NCBI GenBank assembly: GCA_965644295.1
Contig: CBFFRP010000578.1
Location: forward strand, 7,747 to 71,746
Direction: 5' to 3'
Source of the DNA: Paraphysomonas bandaiensis
Taxonomy: Eukaryota; Protista; Chrysophyceae
DNA length: 64,000 nucleotides
The notes under the pieces were generated by a model. That model had not been told where the DNA came from. It saw only the letters and a program-made list of their open reading frames with translations, and did not search any database. Shown here one piece after another: positions 1-12,923 of this stretch. The first letter of the stretch is position 1, and each line of letters opens with the position of its first letter. The position numbers and the translations under genes were made by a program.

Positions 1-536
1 CATCCCGCAGCATTGAGTTGTACGCACGACGAGATACGTCAAAAGGATGAGGTTTTAATTTACACTTACTATTATTCTGAAGATACTTATTCATTACTAG
101 TGGGGTGTACAGAGGAAGTAAGCGGAAAGGGTTAACGGCTATCAATATATCTCCAACAGCAGTATACACATCATCATTCTTATATCTCTGAAAAAAATAC
201 AGTTACAAGTCCATTGCTTTCATTATAATATTATTCAACCTCAGATAGTGTGTACACAATACTCTTCTCTGACAAGTCCTCCATATGAATGAGGTCATCA
301 GGAAGGCGCTTCAATCCTGATAGACTTTGAATGTCCTCACATACATCATCCGCAGCACAGTCGAAGACATCGCCATGCTCTGTAGTGGCTACGAACATAT
401 CAGCACTTTTGCCTCGATTAACTTTAGCAGGAACCCATTCGTAATCACGCAGAACCCAACGATAGTCTGAATCGTCCTCTGCGGGTGTAGAGTATGATGC
501 CCTGTCCTCTGACTGCCAGAACCCGGGATGAGACAT
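1..536 (-). CDS. Myosin heavy chain, 5' end (N-terminal region and start of motor domain); continues off the window edge
   Basis: DDLIHMEDLSEKSIVYTL, then a GT-AG intron (about 188-239), then RYKNDDVYTAVGDILIAVNPFRLLPLY...PHPFDVSRRAYNSM, the canonical start of a myosin motor domain. Confidence 0.93.
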
Positions 537-544
537 GATAGAGG

Positions 545-570
545 GATAGATAGATAGATAGATAGATAGC
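545..570 (+). repeat. (GATA)n microsatellite
   Basis: About 6 tandem GATA units just upstream of the myosin ATG. Confidence 0.85.
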
Positions 571-1079
571 TATACTACAGTGATGGAGAGAGATGGATTA
601 GCACACAAGAGGCATGAAAGAGTTTATATGATAGGATATATGCATGAGATGTAGGTGTAATATGTCCAATCCTGACGACCTTAACCGATACCTGCAACAT
701 ACCTACCTACCTACCCATACATACATCCATCTCGTAAAGTGTCGGACAAAAAAGGAGCAACTTCCTTTCGTTTTTCAAAATAACTTTTTACAGAGGACTT
801 TTACACTCTACTTGTAGTGTATATGAAGGTTGTGTCTAAAACATTTTGGGTAAAAAATGTAATTATGCTTTTTTTACATAATTACCCAAAAAGAGGCGCT
901 GCTAAGAGGTAAATCCCATATATGGGCGATAATAGTATATGCATAGAGCATAGAGCTGATGGAATATAAAGTCTAATATACTATATATAGTAGAGCAATG
1001 ATGTTTGAAGATGTTGTGTATGAAGACGAATGCGACAGCAGTGATATGAGTGATAGTAATGACAACAGTGACGACAGGA

Positions 1080-1289
1080 GCAGATCCCGTGCACAGTGCC
1101 ACAGGATTGAAGGAGATCGACTGGTCTGAATGTCTTGAGTCTGTAAGGGAGGGGAAGGATGTTGAGTGCACTTTCGGTATCCCTAAGAATAGAATTCGGT
1201 GGTTAAAAAACGCCATTTGCTACCACGACGAGGACACAGTAGTGAAGGGGAGGCTCTATTGTGAGCCATTTTCATATTCTGAACACTAA
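1080..1289 (+). mobile_element. Decayed PIF/Harbinger-type (Plant_tran-like) transposase fragment
   Basis: WSECLESVREGKDVECTFGIPKNRIRWLKNAI resembles the Harbinger C-terminal motif W..ESVRKDVECTFGILK.RFR.LK. The rest of the ORF is missing. Confidence 0.7.
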
Positions 1290-2947
1290 ACGAAGTTGAA
1301 AAATTTATGTGCTTCAATCACTATTTCCTCAAATGAAGTGCTGACAGCATCTGTATTCGTATATACGGTCATATGATTTACACTAACTTGAGTATGCTTG
1401 ACACACTGGTCCCTTCAGATTCCACTTTCGTTTCATATTTATAGAGATAGGTGACATGGATCCTCATGGTGGCCTCTCACCATTAGGAACACGATGCAAG
1501 CGACCCGTCCCCTCCACAATAATATAACTGCATCAGTGATGAAAGCGACTAAGATTGGAAGTATGCCTGTATCAGTACTTGAAAAAGGGTTGTGAATAGG
1601 TTGTTGGGGACACTCCCGTCAATAAAGCACCTTAGTTGAGACCCGGGCACCTGAGCAGACCATCAGAGCAGCCACCAAATGCCATCATGTCATCAATATT
1701 CCACCAAGCAGGAAGGCCCACTAAGTTGAGGAACGTATGGCTGCCATAAAGCTTGCGTTATTGGCAAAATGAGCGGAGCGATATCGAGGAGCAATTTGGA
1801 GTTCTATTTTATACTCTTGACCAGGGATTTAAGCCTTTGAATGCCTCGATATGGAATCTTTATCAGTAATGAGCGTCTTTGTGTCAGACGAGTCTAATCA
1901 CTTCTGGTGGCCAGTGTCATCGATAGGTTGTAGTTTCCTCACTCCGGACCACCTACCATCTTGCCATCGCGCTTGATAGGGATTTGATGGCAGTGACGTT
2001 CGACCTCCATGACCAAGCTGGTTATGGGTATAGTCGAAGAAGTGAAATATGAGAAATAAATACTCTCACCTATATGCGGATGCTATCTGTGCAGCGAACG
2101 GGGGGTCGCTACGAATCAGTCTGAATTTAGTGGATGGAGGCCTTGTATGTGACACCATGGTGTGAGCAATTTGTGTATGATTTATTGTTATCTTTTCGAT
2201 TAGCTTCAGTTTTATATGATTAGCTAGCTTGAGTGGTTTATTTTTATTTTCTTTAATATTAATATGATTAACTGAGAGTAAACACTTTTTATTACCAAGT
2301 CTTTATTAGTTTATTAGGTAGGTTAAGAATGCTTGGTAGTTACTAGTTACTAATGGGCTAATAGATAGTTGAATAGTTTCTCAGTGTCCTACCATACCCT
2401 ACGTATAATGGGGCTCTGCAAACTAGAAGACCTGTGAAATGTCTGGAAGGTTTACCTACTAGCTAGTAGGTCTGTCATCATTTACAATACTCTTAACGTT
2501 TCAAGAGAACCTCGACACGACTGTGGGCTGTGGGCCCCTTGCTATTCGGGTCTCTGGAAGTATTATTTTTGGAATTACTGAAAGTGATGCGCAATTTATG
2601 TATTTGTTGCATTCTAGAATTTCTGTTAGTTTAATTCAACGATTTAATGCATTAGCGTGCACACAACTTCGAGAACTTTCAGAAGAATAACACGCTTTTC
2701 AACTACCATTTCACATAAGCTAATAATAGACCTTCAAGTGCAGGTCATAGACGCGTAACAATAGAATATCAGTAGCTACAGGCCAGATACTACTGCCAAG
2801 TACATAAAAAAACAGATCACTTAAAGTGATTAACTTTCTCTAGAAAGAACACAATAACTTCATAATTGTTGGACACCACACCCAATTGCTCTGGGCAAAT
2901 GAACAGCGATCTCCTCAGCAAGCAATTCTAAATTCCAAAAGTTAAGA

Positions 2948-3884
2948 TTAATTCGAATAGTTGAGATTGGTTATAGACTTCGGCTGCACTGCTGTTCCAC
3001 CGGATGGATTCGGAACCTGAATTATATATGAATGGGAAATGGGAAAATTTCATGCCCTAGTAACTTACCATAGCTAGTTGTGCGAACCGATCCCACTCTA
3101 TGCCGCCTGTGCGATCGTGGTCAAAATATGCAAATAGAGCAAGTGCTTGGTAATCATCAAAGTATATATTGGACAACTCCAAAAATTTCTTGAACTCATA
3201 CTCGTCAAGTATTGAATCGTCATTAAAGTCAAAGTAGTCAAATATTTTACGAAGTCGAACATGCTGCTGGGCATAGCTATTCACTCGCTCGGAAAGTTTG
3301 CTCTGTACCAGATGTAATAAGGCTTCTTGCGTAAGGTTGCGGCTATGAACATGTTCAATGGCAGCTTTATATCTGGACAGCATTTTCCCAGTGTCACTGT
3401 AACCACTTTGAACATACTTCTCTTGTTCCGGCCTGGAATACTTGCCTGGAGAACTGTGTCCATCATCAATACTAACCTTGTATTTACACACGGGGGCAAG
3501 GCCATGCTGTGTGTCCTCTGACTGAATAACTGGTGTTCCACAAACGTCAAATGACTGTGGAATATAACCGGTGTAGCCGCGAATGACATACCGCTTCTGC
3601 TTGGTGTCAGCAAGAGTTGAGTTCTCATCGCTCGTATCCAGGTTATGAGAGCCCGTAGTCCAATCACATTCCGTTTTGCAATAACTGTGTGTCGAACCGC
3701 AAGTCGACATCATCGACTCATTCGCCAAAAAAGTTTCTCTAGAAGATGCATACGGATCATATATATCAGGCGCGACTCGGTTTCCTTTCCGCTTTAGAGT
3801 ACGATAGTACTTTAACGGAGATACTATCGAATGTTTTAGTTTAAATTTTTCCAATCCTCGTGTGTTTCGATTCGTATTCATCAT
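2948..3884 (-). CDS. EF-hand calcium-binding protein (2 exons)
   Basis: Two EF loops, DFNDDSILDEYE and DHDRTGGIEWDR. A GTAAGT intron near 3068 leads to a last exon VPNPSGG...NYSN*. Confidence 0.85.
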
Positions 3885-5404
3885 TTAAAAGACTGATATT
3901 ATAAACCAATGCTCTCTAAGCTAATCTCGAAATAAAAAATACTAGTACTGAAAATGTTTCAGAGAATGTGGCCAAAGATCTGAGAAACTAGCATTGATTG
4001 CTTGTAAGTATATATATCTGGATGGAATATATGATGATATCAGAGTTTACATCACGCAATATCATTCTTTGGACATGCATATTCCCGGCTTTGTAAGACA
4101 CCAAACAGCAGCAGATCATTGAACACAGACTCTGTAACCGTCAAACATGGTATACCGCTGCCGTATAGTCCGGTATTCCTGTTGTTTGTCGACCTGTTGT
4201 TGGAGTAGTATGGGCAGTCAACATCTTATTTTTCGGAAATATATTGAAGCAAATATAATCTATATTACTGCAATATAACTACGGCTAGAATACACAAAAT
4301 TGTTGTCTCAATAATAGAAGCATCTTTGAACAAAAACATAGAAAGGATGCCGATACGCCCCCACGGTAGTCATGTGTATAGATGCATGTCCCACAGCTGT
4401 ACAGAGAGGGACATATCTAGGCTAGATATCCTCCTGAGCGACACACACTGTTGCATGGGCTAATTGATAGATTGATAATAAGCTCCTGCACTATCAGAGA
4501 AAATTATGTAGTTTGTGTTTGAATGATTATTGCTGTGCAAGCCTATCGCCACTATAATATATGCCGTAGAGGCCTCGGTGCTCCCATCCAGAGGTTTGAA
4601 CAATGCCATTAGCACAATTTCTATGCTATTCTCCTTTAATATTTCTTCACCTCTAGCTTCATCTAGCTGGATGACAGATAACAAAGGCTGATTATGAGTA
4701 GTTTGATGTAGTCAAAATTACTGAAATACTTGAGATTTTGGGGTATCTTCTTGAAACGGAGTTTAAAAGGCTCTTACTACTGATTTAGTATTTGCTGGAA
4801 CATTCAAGGTGTGGTATGTTTTGAAATCAGTAGTGAATAAACCAGAATGGGTAGAGCTACAAGTTATGCATACTAGATCATAATATCGTGTTGTCTTTTC
4901 ATGTTATTTATTTTTTGATTTTGTTAGAGTTTATTTTCTTCAACTAAATAACTGTAGGTGTGAGTGAATTCCCATTAATATTAGTGGACCTTGAATGTAA
5001 ACCTAATGTTGACAAATAGTTTACTATGATCACGAGAACCAATCATGACATGCATCAACAAGCACCTTTCATAAACGCACACGTCTAAACTGAAATCATG
5101 ATTAGATTGAGTGTGATGTTGACGTATAAACATGTAGACTAGCGTGTTATGTACAGGTATTAACCGTAGTATTTCGTTTTATCTTTTCACTAGTTTTGTT
5201 TTATTATTTAATTAAATCTAGCTATCAGTCTCTGAAACAACTGTTGTTAACTCATCTCAAGATGTATTTTCTCCGACATAGAAATTCATGCAATATGTAC
5301 TGTGATTTCCGAAATGAAATTACATGCAATAAGTATGGTTAAAATGAAGTGCAGTCTTTGAAATATCAATATACACATATTATCTATAGTTAATACCTCC
5401 ATTA

Positions 5405-6306
5405 TTACAGCCATGCACATTTATTCCAAAAATAATGCAGCACTCCATAGGTCATTGTTCCCTTCGGAGGATTCGTTAGTAGGTTTGTTAATCGTGGACA
5501 TGCAACACATGTGAGTGGGTACACTAATGTGGCGAATATATAAGGAAATGCGCACGCAAAAAATCCAAGTGATACAAAAGAAATCTGCAGGTTGACCAGG
5601 GCTCCAATAAAAGTAACAATTGCAACTACATATTCACCAACAGATTCGGCGACAGCAAGTTGCCATATTGCACTGATAAATAGAAGTGTTTTTAAAATAC
5701 CGATGGACGTGCACTGTTGAAAGAGAAAATAGGCTCGAAGTCCACCGAACACATCCAAACCACTTTCATCTAACACAGGGTTTAGCTCCTTACCTGGGTT
5801 AGCAATCATATACCAATAGTTATACATTGAAAACGGCACATATCGCGTCACGCTACGCGTCTCGTTATCCACACGCCACGTTAAACCCGATTTACACTGA
5901 CAGATATTGCAGATAACACTACCAAGAGTGGACTCTTCAGTTGAGGATTTAGGCTTAGTTATTTTAATATTTTGATATATCGGAACAAGTACCCACGCCA
6001 TTATTGCATAGGCAGCAGCATAAGATACCATAAGGGTATCTAGTAGACCAGGCGACATATAACCGCCATAGATAATAACAGCCACCTCATATATCCTCGA
6101 ACACATTTGATAACGCGCCCACTACAATTCAACAGACTTATATACAAATACTCCCCCATATATAGCCTTACCACAACAGGAGATACAGATATACACAGAA
6201 TCTGACGGGGCATAGCCTCCACAACTGGGGGGAGTTTCTCGCTACCTGAGTTAGGAGGATTTAATTTGACTGCATCTCCTTCTTCTAATCCAAGCGATTC
6301 TTTCAT
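5405..6306 (-). CDS. Multi-pass membrane protein of unknown function (2 exons)
   Basis: ATG at 6306. A GT-AG intron at about 6122-6171 joins it in frame to the 233-aa ORF, which has several hydrophobic segments. Confidence 0.7.
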
Positions 6307-6358
6307 TTTGAATACCAACTATGACAAAAGTTAATGTGAGATATGAAGATACTTCTCC

Positions 6359-6640
6359 ATGTGTATGTATGTATGTATGTATGTATGTATGTATGTATGT
6401 ATGTATGTATGTATGTATGTATGTATGTATGTATGTATGTATGTATGTATGTATGTATGTATGTATGTATGTATGAATGTATGTATGTATGTATGTAGGT
6501 GTATGTATGTATGTATGTATGTATGTATGTATGTATGTATGTATGTATGTATGTATGTATGTATGTATGTATGTATGTATGTATGTATGTATGTATGTAT
6601 GTATGAATGTATGTAGGTAGGTAGGTAGGTAGGTAGGTAT
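6359..6640 (+). repeat. (TATG)n/(TAGG)n microsatellite, about 280 bp
   Basis: Directly visible tetranucleotide tandem array. Confidence 0.99.
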
Positions 6641-6786
6641 GTGTACCTATACGTACGTGGGTAGGTACATTTCGGTACAGTATGTAGGTACAGCAGTACA
6701 GTAGAGAGTCGTTCATTGTAGTGATCTGGATCCGATTCGTGTTTGCGCTGCATGATAGTCGCCCCCTCACTGCTCCCATAGAGCCA

Positions 6787-9700
6787 ATGCAATCACTTAC
6801 TACCCATTATTTATCTGGTCGTAATTCGGGGTATGGTGTTTCTATCACCAAGTGTGTGTTGCTGACAGCAGTGGTGTTAACGAGTGTACTCATAGAGGAC
6901 TCTGCAAGCCAATGGCTCCCTAAGACAACAAGCACTACATCCCTCCCCTCTAATCACTTCCAGGTTCATAATGCAAGGAAGTATTTACAAGACCTCACAG
7001 CAATGGGCCCTAGAGTGACAGGCAAGATAACGATCATGTCTTATGATGCGCTCAGCAGATCAGATCAGATCAGTTCAGTTATGATGTGTGTTTACAGGAT
7101 ATCCTGCAAATGAAGTTCAAGCTGTTGATTTTATTTGTCGTACTGTGCGAGAAATTAAGGCCAATGCTCCTGAGCATGTTGTAATAGACGTCGATGTTCA
7201 GCACCCGTCATCTGAGTTCTACACAGACTTTCTTGGTGGAATAACCAACGTATGTGCTCGTGGAATATTTATTAATTAGAATAATTAATGTTTTATTAGT
7301 TCTACAGCAACCTTACTAACGTTGTAGTGCGCCTAACTTGGCCAAGTATTGGGGGTTCTGTACCTATAGATCAAAGAAAGGCTGTACTGGTAAACTCGCA
7401 CTTTGACACAGTGCCGAATAGCCCTGGTGGTGCTGACGATGGCCTTGGAGTAGCGGCTATGTTAGAAACTTTGCGAGCCTTATCGTCAGGCCCCTCTCTG
7501 CGAAATCCTGTTGTATTTCTGTTCAATGGTGCAGAAGAGTCCATACAAATGGTGCTCTAATCCGTAATGTTTGTACTCTTGTCGTAATGTAATACGAATT
7601 TCAGGGTGCACATGGGTTCATAACTCAACATCCTTGGGCAAAATCTGTGCAGTACCTTGTTAACTTGGAGTCTATTGGGTCCGGTGGGCGAGAGATGATA
7701 TTTCAGTGCAATTCCCCTTGGCTGGCTAGGTTCTATGGACTACATGTACCGTACCCTCACGCTCATGTACGTCAATTTATGTAACTGTATGTGGTGGAGA
7801 GTAATTAAAATACAAAGGTGATTGCGCATGAACTGTTTAAGTATGTGCTCTGGAGGGCAGCGGCAACGGACTGGTCTACACTATTGACATATGGTCCGTA
7901 TGTGTGCTATGCTGTATTAGTTATCTTCATAGACTGCCAGGTCCTGCTGGTATGGTCGGCGTGGACTCCGCGTATGTTAAGAATGGATATGTTTATCACA
8001 CCAAATTTGATACTGCTGATATTATAAGCGGTATGTAGCCATACATTATGGATATTTTGTTCTAATAGGAGAGTTGCAGACGGAACTATAAAGCACACTG
8101 GAGACAACCTGGTTGCGCTCGCCAGGGCATTATCTCTCAACCGAGAGTTTCCATCGTCGGATATAATCGGAGGACCCTCAGTTTTTTTTGATATATTGGG
8201 GACTTGGTTTGTGTCATACAGTGGGACCAGTGTGGCTGCTTTTCATGCCATTGTTTCCGTAATAGGGCTACTTGCTGTTGTACTTCTTTCTAAAACACAC
8301 GGTACTCGTGACATGCTTACCCTGTTTTCTCTTCTCCGAGACGAAATTTATTGCATTGTAATACCTACTATTATTGGTGCAGTTGTGGGTTTTTTGGCGT
8401 GGTTTATTGCTCCTATGCGGTGGTACGATGGTGGTACATTAGTTGCAGTTTTGTTGTATGTACCCCCTGCTGTACTGTCTATAATATATGTGAGAGGGAA
8501 AATGACAGCACGACATCACTGCAATACAGAAGCACGACTGCAGGGATCACTTTTTTTCTGGTCTATTCTTCTGATAATACTGACAGCTTGTGGTATTATG
8601 AGTGCCTATCTCTGTTGCCTGTGGATATGCGCCATTGTTGGAGCGCTGGTGTTGTGTAGATGGATCTCGCGTTGTATAACATTCTTGCGTGTATCAAAGT
8701 TTCGAAAGCCTAATGTCTTCGTTTTCCATATTCGCAACGCTCTTGTAGCTGTGTCTGGTCACGTTTATGAAGTTGTCTTAATTCCAGTTTTGTGCTTGTG
8801 GTGCAATCTTGTGCATACAGTGTTGACTATGCTAATCCCGCTGCTAGGGAAGACAGGAACTGTAACTCCGGGAGATCCTATTCTCGGTGCCATAATTGGT
8901 TTGTTTATTGCTTTACCTGCGGGTGCAGTATTACCACATACAGTGCGTGGGCCAATTAGTGATCGTATATTGTCATTCGGGGTGGTGATGATTCTCATTT
9001 TTGTTGTTGCATCATCACAACTGAGCGCCTACTCCTCGCTTCACCCCAAACGGATGTGGATTCAGCACATTCACCGACACATTACTGATGCAAACGGGAT
9101 AGTACATAGTGATCATGGAATCTGGATAAGCGCATTTGATGGGATGGGTATGAGTCCATTTTCAAAACCAATATTCAGAGGTACTGAAACAGGCGTGCCA
9201 AATGTATTGCAGGAATCACGATTAAGTTCTAATCCCTGTAAATCGGCGATAAGTGATTGTTATTTTGAACTTCCGTGGGTTTACCCAGTTGCTGATGCCA
9301 TCAGAGATTCGTACTACATTCCTACCACTAATCCCCCGGTAATATCTGCTAACGAGGTAATTCGAAATTTATGTCGTGTCTGTGATAAAATGATTTTGGG
9401 TGCCAGATTCTCAGTGTGCATCACAGTACTAGTACCGAGAACACTGCAAATTTGATGAAACATGACTACAGAATAGTTAATATAGAGATTAGTGGCCCTC
9501 CACATATGAACATTATACTTGATGACAGCTCGCGGGGTAATCGTATCCTGGGGTGGTCACTGTCATCTACTAGTCGATCTATTCGCAAGCAATGGACACC
9601 ACCCTCACCAGTGCGCTTTGAGGGAGTGCACTATATGCAAATAGGGTTTGGATTATGTCCATCCAAAAAATGCAAGAAAATTCTTTCTTTAAAAGTATTC

Positions 9701-9850
9701 GGCGAAGATGCAGTTCGAATAGCTGTTTATGGGCATTATATGGACAATGATGATTCTGAAATTCTGGAGTTGGTAAATATGCTTCCGTTGTGGGCTAAAG
9801 GTGCGGAATGGACTCGTTATCCGAGTGTCCTAATATCGCAATACATATAA
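6787..9850 (+). CDS. ERMP1: ER metallopeptidase 1-like (M28 family) membrane peptidase, multi-exon
   Basis: NSHFDTVPNSPGGADDG, FLFNGAEE, VNLESIGSGG and YHT motifs, followed by a multi-TM region and HPKRMWIQH. Short introns link the ORF fragments. Confidence 0.9.
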
Positions 9851-10347
9851 ATACTCGTATGTATCGAAATAAATATTCAAATGGACATCTTGACATATGT
9901 CTCTGTTGTGCATTTTTACCTGATTATCTCTTCATGGTGCTTTAAATATAGTTTTGAGACCTTTTTGAATCCGTCTATCAGTTAAAATGTTAGATGAAGT
10001 ACTTTGATCGCTATATTTTAATGAAATGGATTAATTTTTGTTACGGTAAGATCGGTGTCTTAACCGACTGTGCAACAATTGAAAAGTAAATTAATATCAG
10101 TTCATTCCACTATACTTGTACCTTGTACCATTATTTAACCCTAAATACCTTGTGTTAGTTCTGTTATGTGAAGTCAATGTGTTAAAGACGTATATAGTTA
10201 TATTTAACCACGGGTGTTGGAATACGTATGGTTCTCTAAGATAGTACTGTAGAATACGTTAAATACAATGTGAAAAACAGTACTACGTAGTCAATACTCA
10301 AAGGTGCTATATAGCTATAACATAACAGAAGTTGACATTATTTGCTA

Positions 10348-12067
10348 TATTGAATGTCTGATTATTTAGCAATAGGCGTTGAAAGCCTGCACCAATTAGT
10401 GGCTAGAAGAATGCTAGTCATACTAGTTAGACTACTACCCGTAACTAATCAATACAAACTCTTTTATCCTACTATTTAACGCTACAGAAGCTGCTTGTGC
10501 GTCGCCGCAAGCACCAAGGTGCAACCACTTCCGTTCTTAGTGTGTGTTATGAGGCTCGCCATGATCGTGTGTCCTGGGACTCACCGGCGCGTGTGATCTG
10601 GAGGTCTCCTCTTGGGATGAGACTCCACTCGCTATATGATAGATAGCCTTATGTACCTCACGGGGACTGACTTATTAGCCTTATGGCAGTTAGGGGAAAC
10701 AGTAATATGCCCTTCTGAGATTGGCGATCTGGTGGCCTTCCTTTAGGCATTGTTCCAAGTGGCTCGGAGGTATGTGGATGAAGGTCTTGCAAAAGGTTAT
10801 GGCCTACTGTGAAGAAGCGTCGAAATAGGCTCTTTTGCTGTCTTAGCCAGCGGTAGAGAACACATGCAAGAGGGTGTATAGCTGTACAGGGGTGGGATAT
10901 GAGGGTCATCCGGTGTGTCCAGCAACAGGGAGTCGAGAGGGAGTGTGATGGTGCAAAAGAGGCAACATCTGATTGAGGAGAGGGGGACTGCGCAACAGAA
11001 CTAGGTCTGCCAAGGTCGGGTACTCTGATAGACCTATGCACGAGATGATGATGATGATGGTCTGGAGGAGAGACTCGGACGTCCTCAGCTACCCTTGTTA
11101 GTGTCTGTGTTGGTGCAGGGGGGTACAGGCTGAGGCATAGAGTGTGTGTGGAAGGAAGATGACGGCAAGGTGTCAGAGACGGAGGGAGGGGAGATGGTTT
11201 GTCTGGAGGTTCTCGAGGAGGAGGTAGAGTGTAAGGTGCGTGTGTATGACAGTGCAGCGGTGCTATGAGTGTGTTGGACAGAGAGAAGAGCCTGTACTGC
11301 AGGTATACAGGTACAAGTACATGGTGATGTGTCCAACAGTACAGGTATACAGGTACATGGACAGGTACATGGGACGAAGTGAGCTGTGTGGTGTACTGCA
11401 GTATATTTGCACCGTATTGGAATGGTATACATCCTGTAGGACACAGTAGTACAGTAGTCGGGTATACCGTATGCGGAATACTGTGTCCATCCAATGAGAT
11501 GTGTGGGCTGTGGGGATGATAGGCGAACAGGGTGAGGGGGTGCTCTGCTTGGTGCATAGACGCACAGACTAACCATGCTGGGTTGGTTTGTGCGGTCGTC
11601 AAGAAATGGTCCTGTCTTACAAGGTAGCGGGGCCGATGGAGAACATGGGTGTTAGCGAATGAACAAGTGGACCGTTTTCGAGTGCCTACCCGCACGAGCC
11701 ATGCGATGAGTGGTTGTAACCGTAGAGAACGGTGTGTGAGACAGATGCGTCTACAAGGGAGATGTCCAATAGGAACAGACAGCGCTGCAGTGGTGCAGGC
11801 ACTTGGTTTAACTGACGGCGTTAGTGAGGAGAGTGGTTGCAAAGCCACGTTATCAAACGGGGAGCGTGTACAACATGGTAAGACAAGATGTTTGTCGGCA
11901 GTGTGGTGTGTTTCAAAATGTTGCCCTGCTTGGAGAGAAGGGAACAGTCTGAGCCCGGACCCGCTGATGGGACACAACCACGGTCTCAATGGAGACATTG
12001 AGCTTGGAGCGAGCTAAAAAGGTATAACTTTTTGTTGAACTGTGTTTTTACCAGAAGAGGAAGAGAA
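10348..12067 (-). mobile_element. 1.72-kb non-autonomous non-LTR retroposon, copy A
   Basis: Flanked by 15-bp TSD TGACATTATTTGCTA (10333-10347 and 12068-12082). Homologous along its length to 14431-16147. An empty-site paralogue lies at 36661. Confidence 0.9.
10658..11998 (-). CDS. 446-aa His/Pro/Thr/Cys-rich ORF of retroposon copy A; coding status uncertain
   Basis: Open frame with ATG and stop at the same positions as in copy B. No RT or endonuclease motifs seen. Confidence 0.35.
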   Translation of the reverse strand: MSPLRPWLCPISGSGLRLFPSLQAGQHFETHHTADKHLVLPCCTRSPFDNVALQPLSSLTPSVKPSACTTAALSVPIGHLPCRRICLTHRSLRLQPLIAWLVRVGTRKRSTCSFANTHVLHRPRYLVRQDHFLTTAQTNPAWLVCASMHQAEHPLTLFAYHPHSPHISLDGHSIPHTVYPTTVLLCPTGCIPFQYGANILQYTTQLTSSHVPVHVPVYLYCWTHHHVLVPVYLQYRLFSLSNTLIAPLHCHTHAPYTLPPPREPPDKPSPLPPSLTPCRHLPSTHTLCLSLYPPAPTQTLTRVAEDVRVSPPDHHHHHLVHRSIRVPDLGRPSSVAQSPSPQSDVASFAPSHSLSTPCCWTHRMTLISHPCTAIHPLACVLYRWLRQQKSLFRRFFTVGHNLLQDLHPHTSEPLGTMPKGRPPDRQSQKGILLFPLTAIRLISQSP

Positions 12068-12350
12068 TGACATTATTTGCTAAGGTTTACTATTCTCAAC
12101 TGATAAGATGAAATTATAAACATTACATGATAAAGAACCTAAGTTGTGTTCGATGTGTTCAACACCATTCATTTACTACTATAGTGTACAAACCACACAC
12201 TCAGTGATCGTATCCTGTATAGTCATCCACTTCTACTTCAGTTTCATACTACATAATATAATGTACTAATTACATATATATCTTTCGATCCTTGCATCTC
12301 ACATAATACTGCACTCAATTGCAAGTATATAGAATCTTCAGATCTCAACA
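12068..12350 (-). repeat. LTR-like dispersed repeat (target of copy A); paralogue at about 36650-36960
   Basis: Colinear similarity to 36661-36958. It ends in ...CAGATCTCAACA, like the Copia LTR end at 12775. Confidence 0.75.
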
Positions 12351-12570
12351 TAACATTGAAACTGAAGTATTATATCATGACGATTCAAGATACGGAAGAT
12401 GAGCAGTGGTTTACATGAACGAAATAATTTGTTAGCATTGGACATTTATTTCACTGAAGTTAACTTTGCTCTACATGTAAACCTTAATCTTGCTGTTGAA
12501 CACAATGCACTTTCAAGTAAGAAATCATAATTATTATTCTGAACACTCCACTACATATTCGTGTAACATA

Positions 12571-12786
12571 TGTTGAAACATCTGTCCTCAGCAACATCTG
12601 TTTCTCATGTTCTTCAGTCAGTTCTATATCTTGTATAGTCACACATCAGTAACTGAATTTAATTCCTTTGTAACTATAATCACCGGTTACACCTATGAGT
12701 TGACACTACCTATTGCACACAGATAACTCACTTCAATTGCACAATATAGATCACATCATATTGCAGAACTCAACACTCCCACTCAA
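12571..12786 (-). mobile_element. Copia polypurine tract and 3' LTR
   Basis: The minus strand reads TTGAGTGGGAG|TGTTGAG at 12786-12769, downstream of the Copia RNase H. A candidate inverted terminus TGTTGA lies at 12571, but this left boundary is uncertain. Confidence 0.6.
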
Positions 12787-12923
12787 TTGGATGTAGTTAA
12801 CCATTCTAAAATTTGTGAAGAACATTGCTATCGGATACGCAACCACCGAACCTCATAGGACACTGGTGGACGTATGACTCCGCTGGTATAGCTAGCTCCC
12901 ACCATTCATTCACACCTAACTAG

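Noticed and set aside
1450-2060. Possible further TE coding remnants (MDPHGGLSPLG; RSDIEEQFGVL)
   Set aside because: The matches are short and stop-ridden, so no family can be supported.
6303-6792. ORFs with YIHT/MYVC repeats
   Set aside because: They are translations of the (TATG)n microsatellite.
10355-10400. CTGATTA...GAAA as a hammerhead ribozyme (Penelope/retrozyme)
   Set aside because: The core is not CUGANGA, the required stems could not be built, and GAAA is not conserved in other copies.
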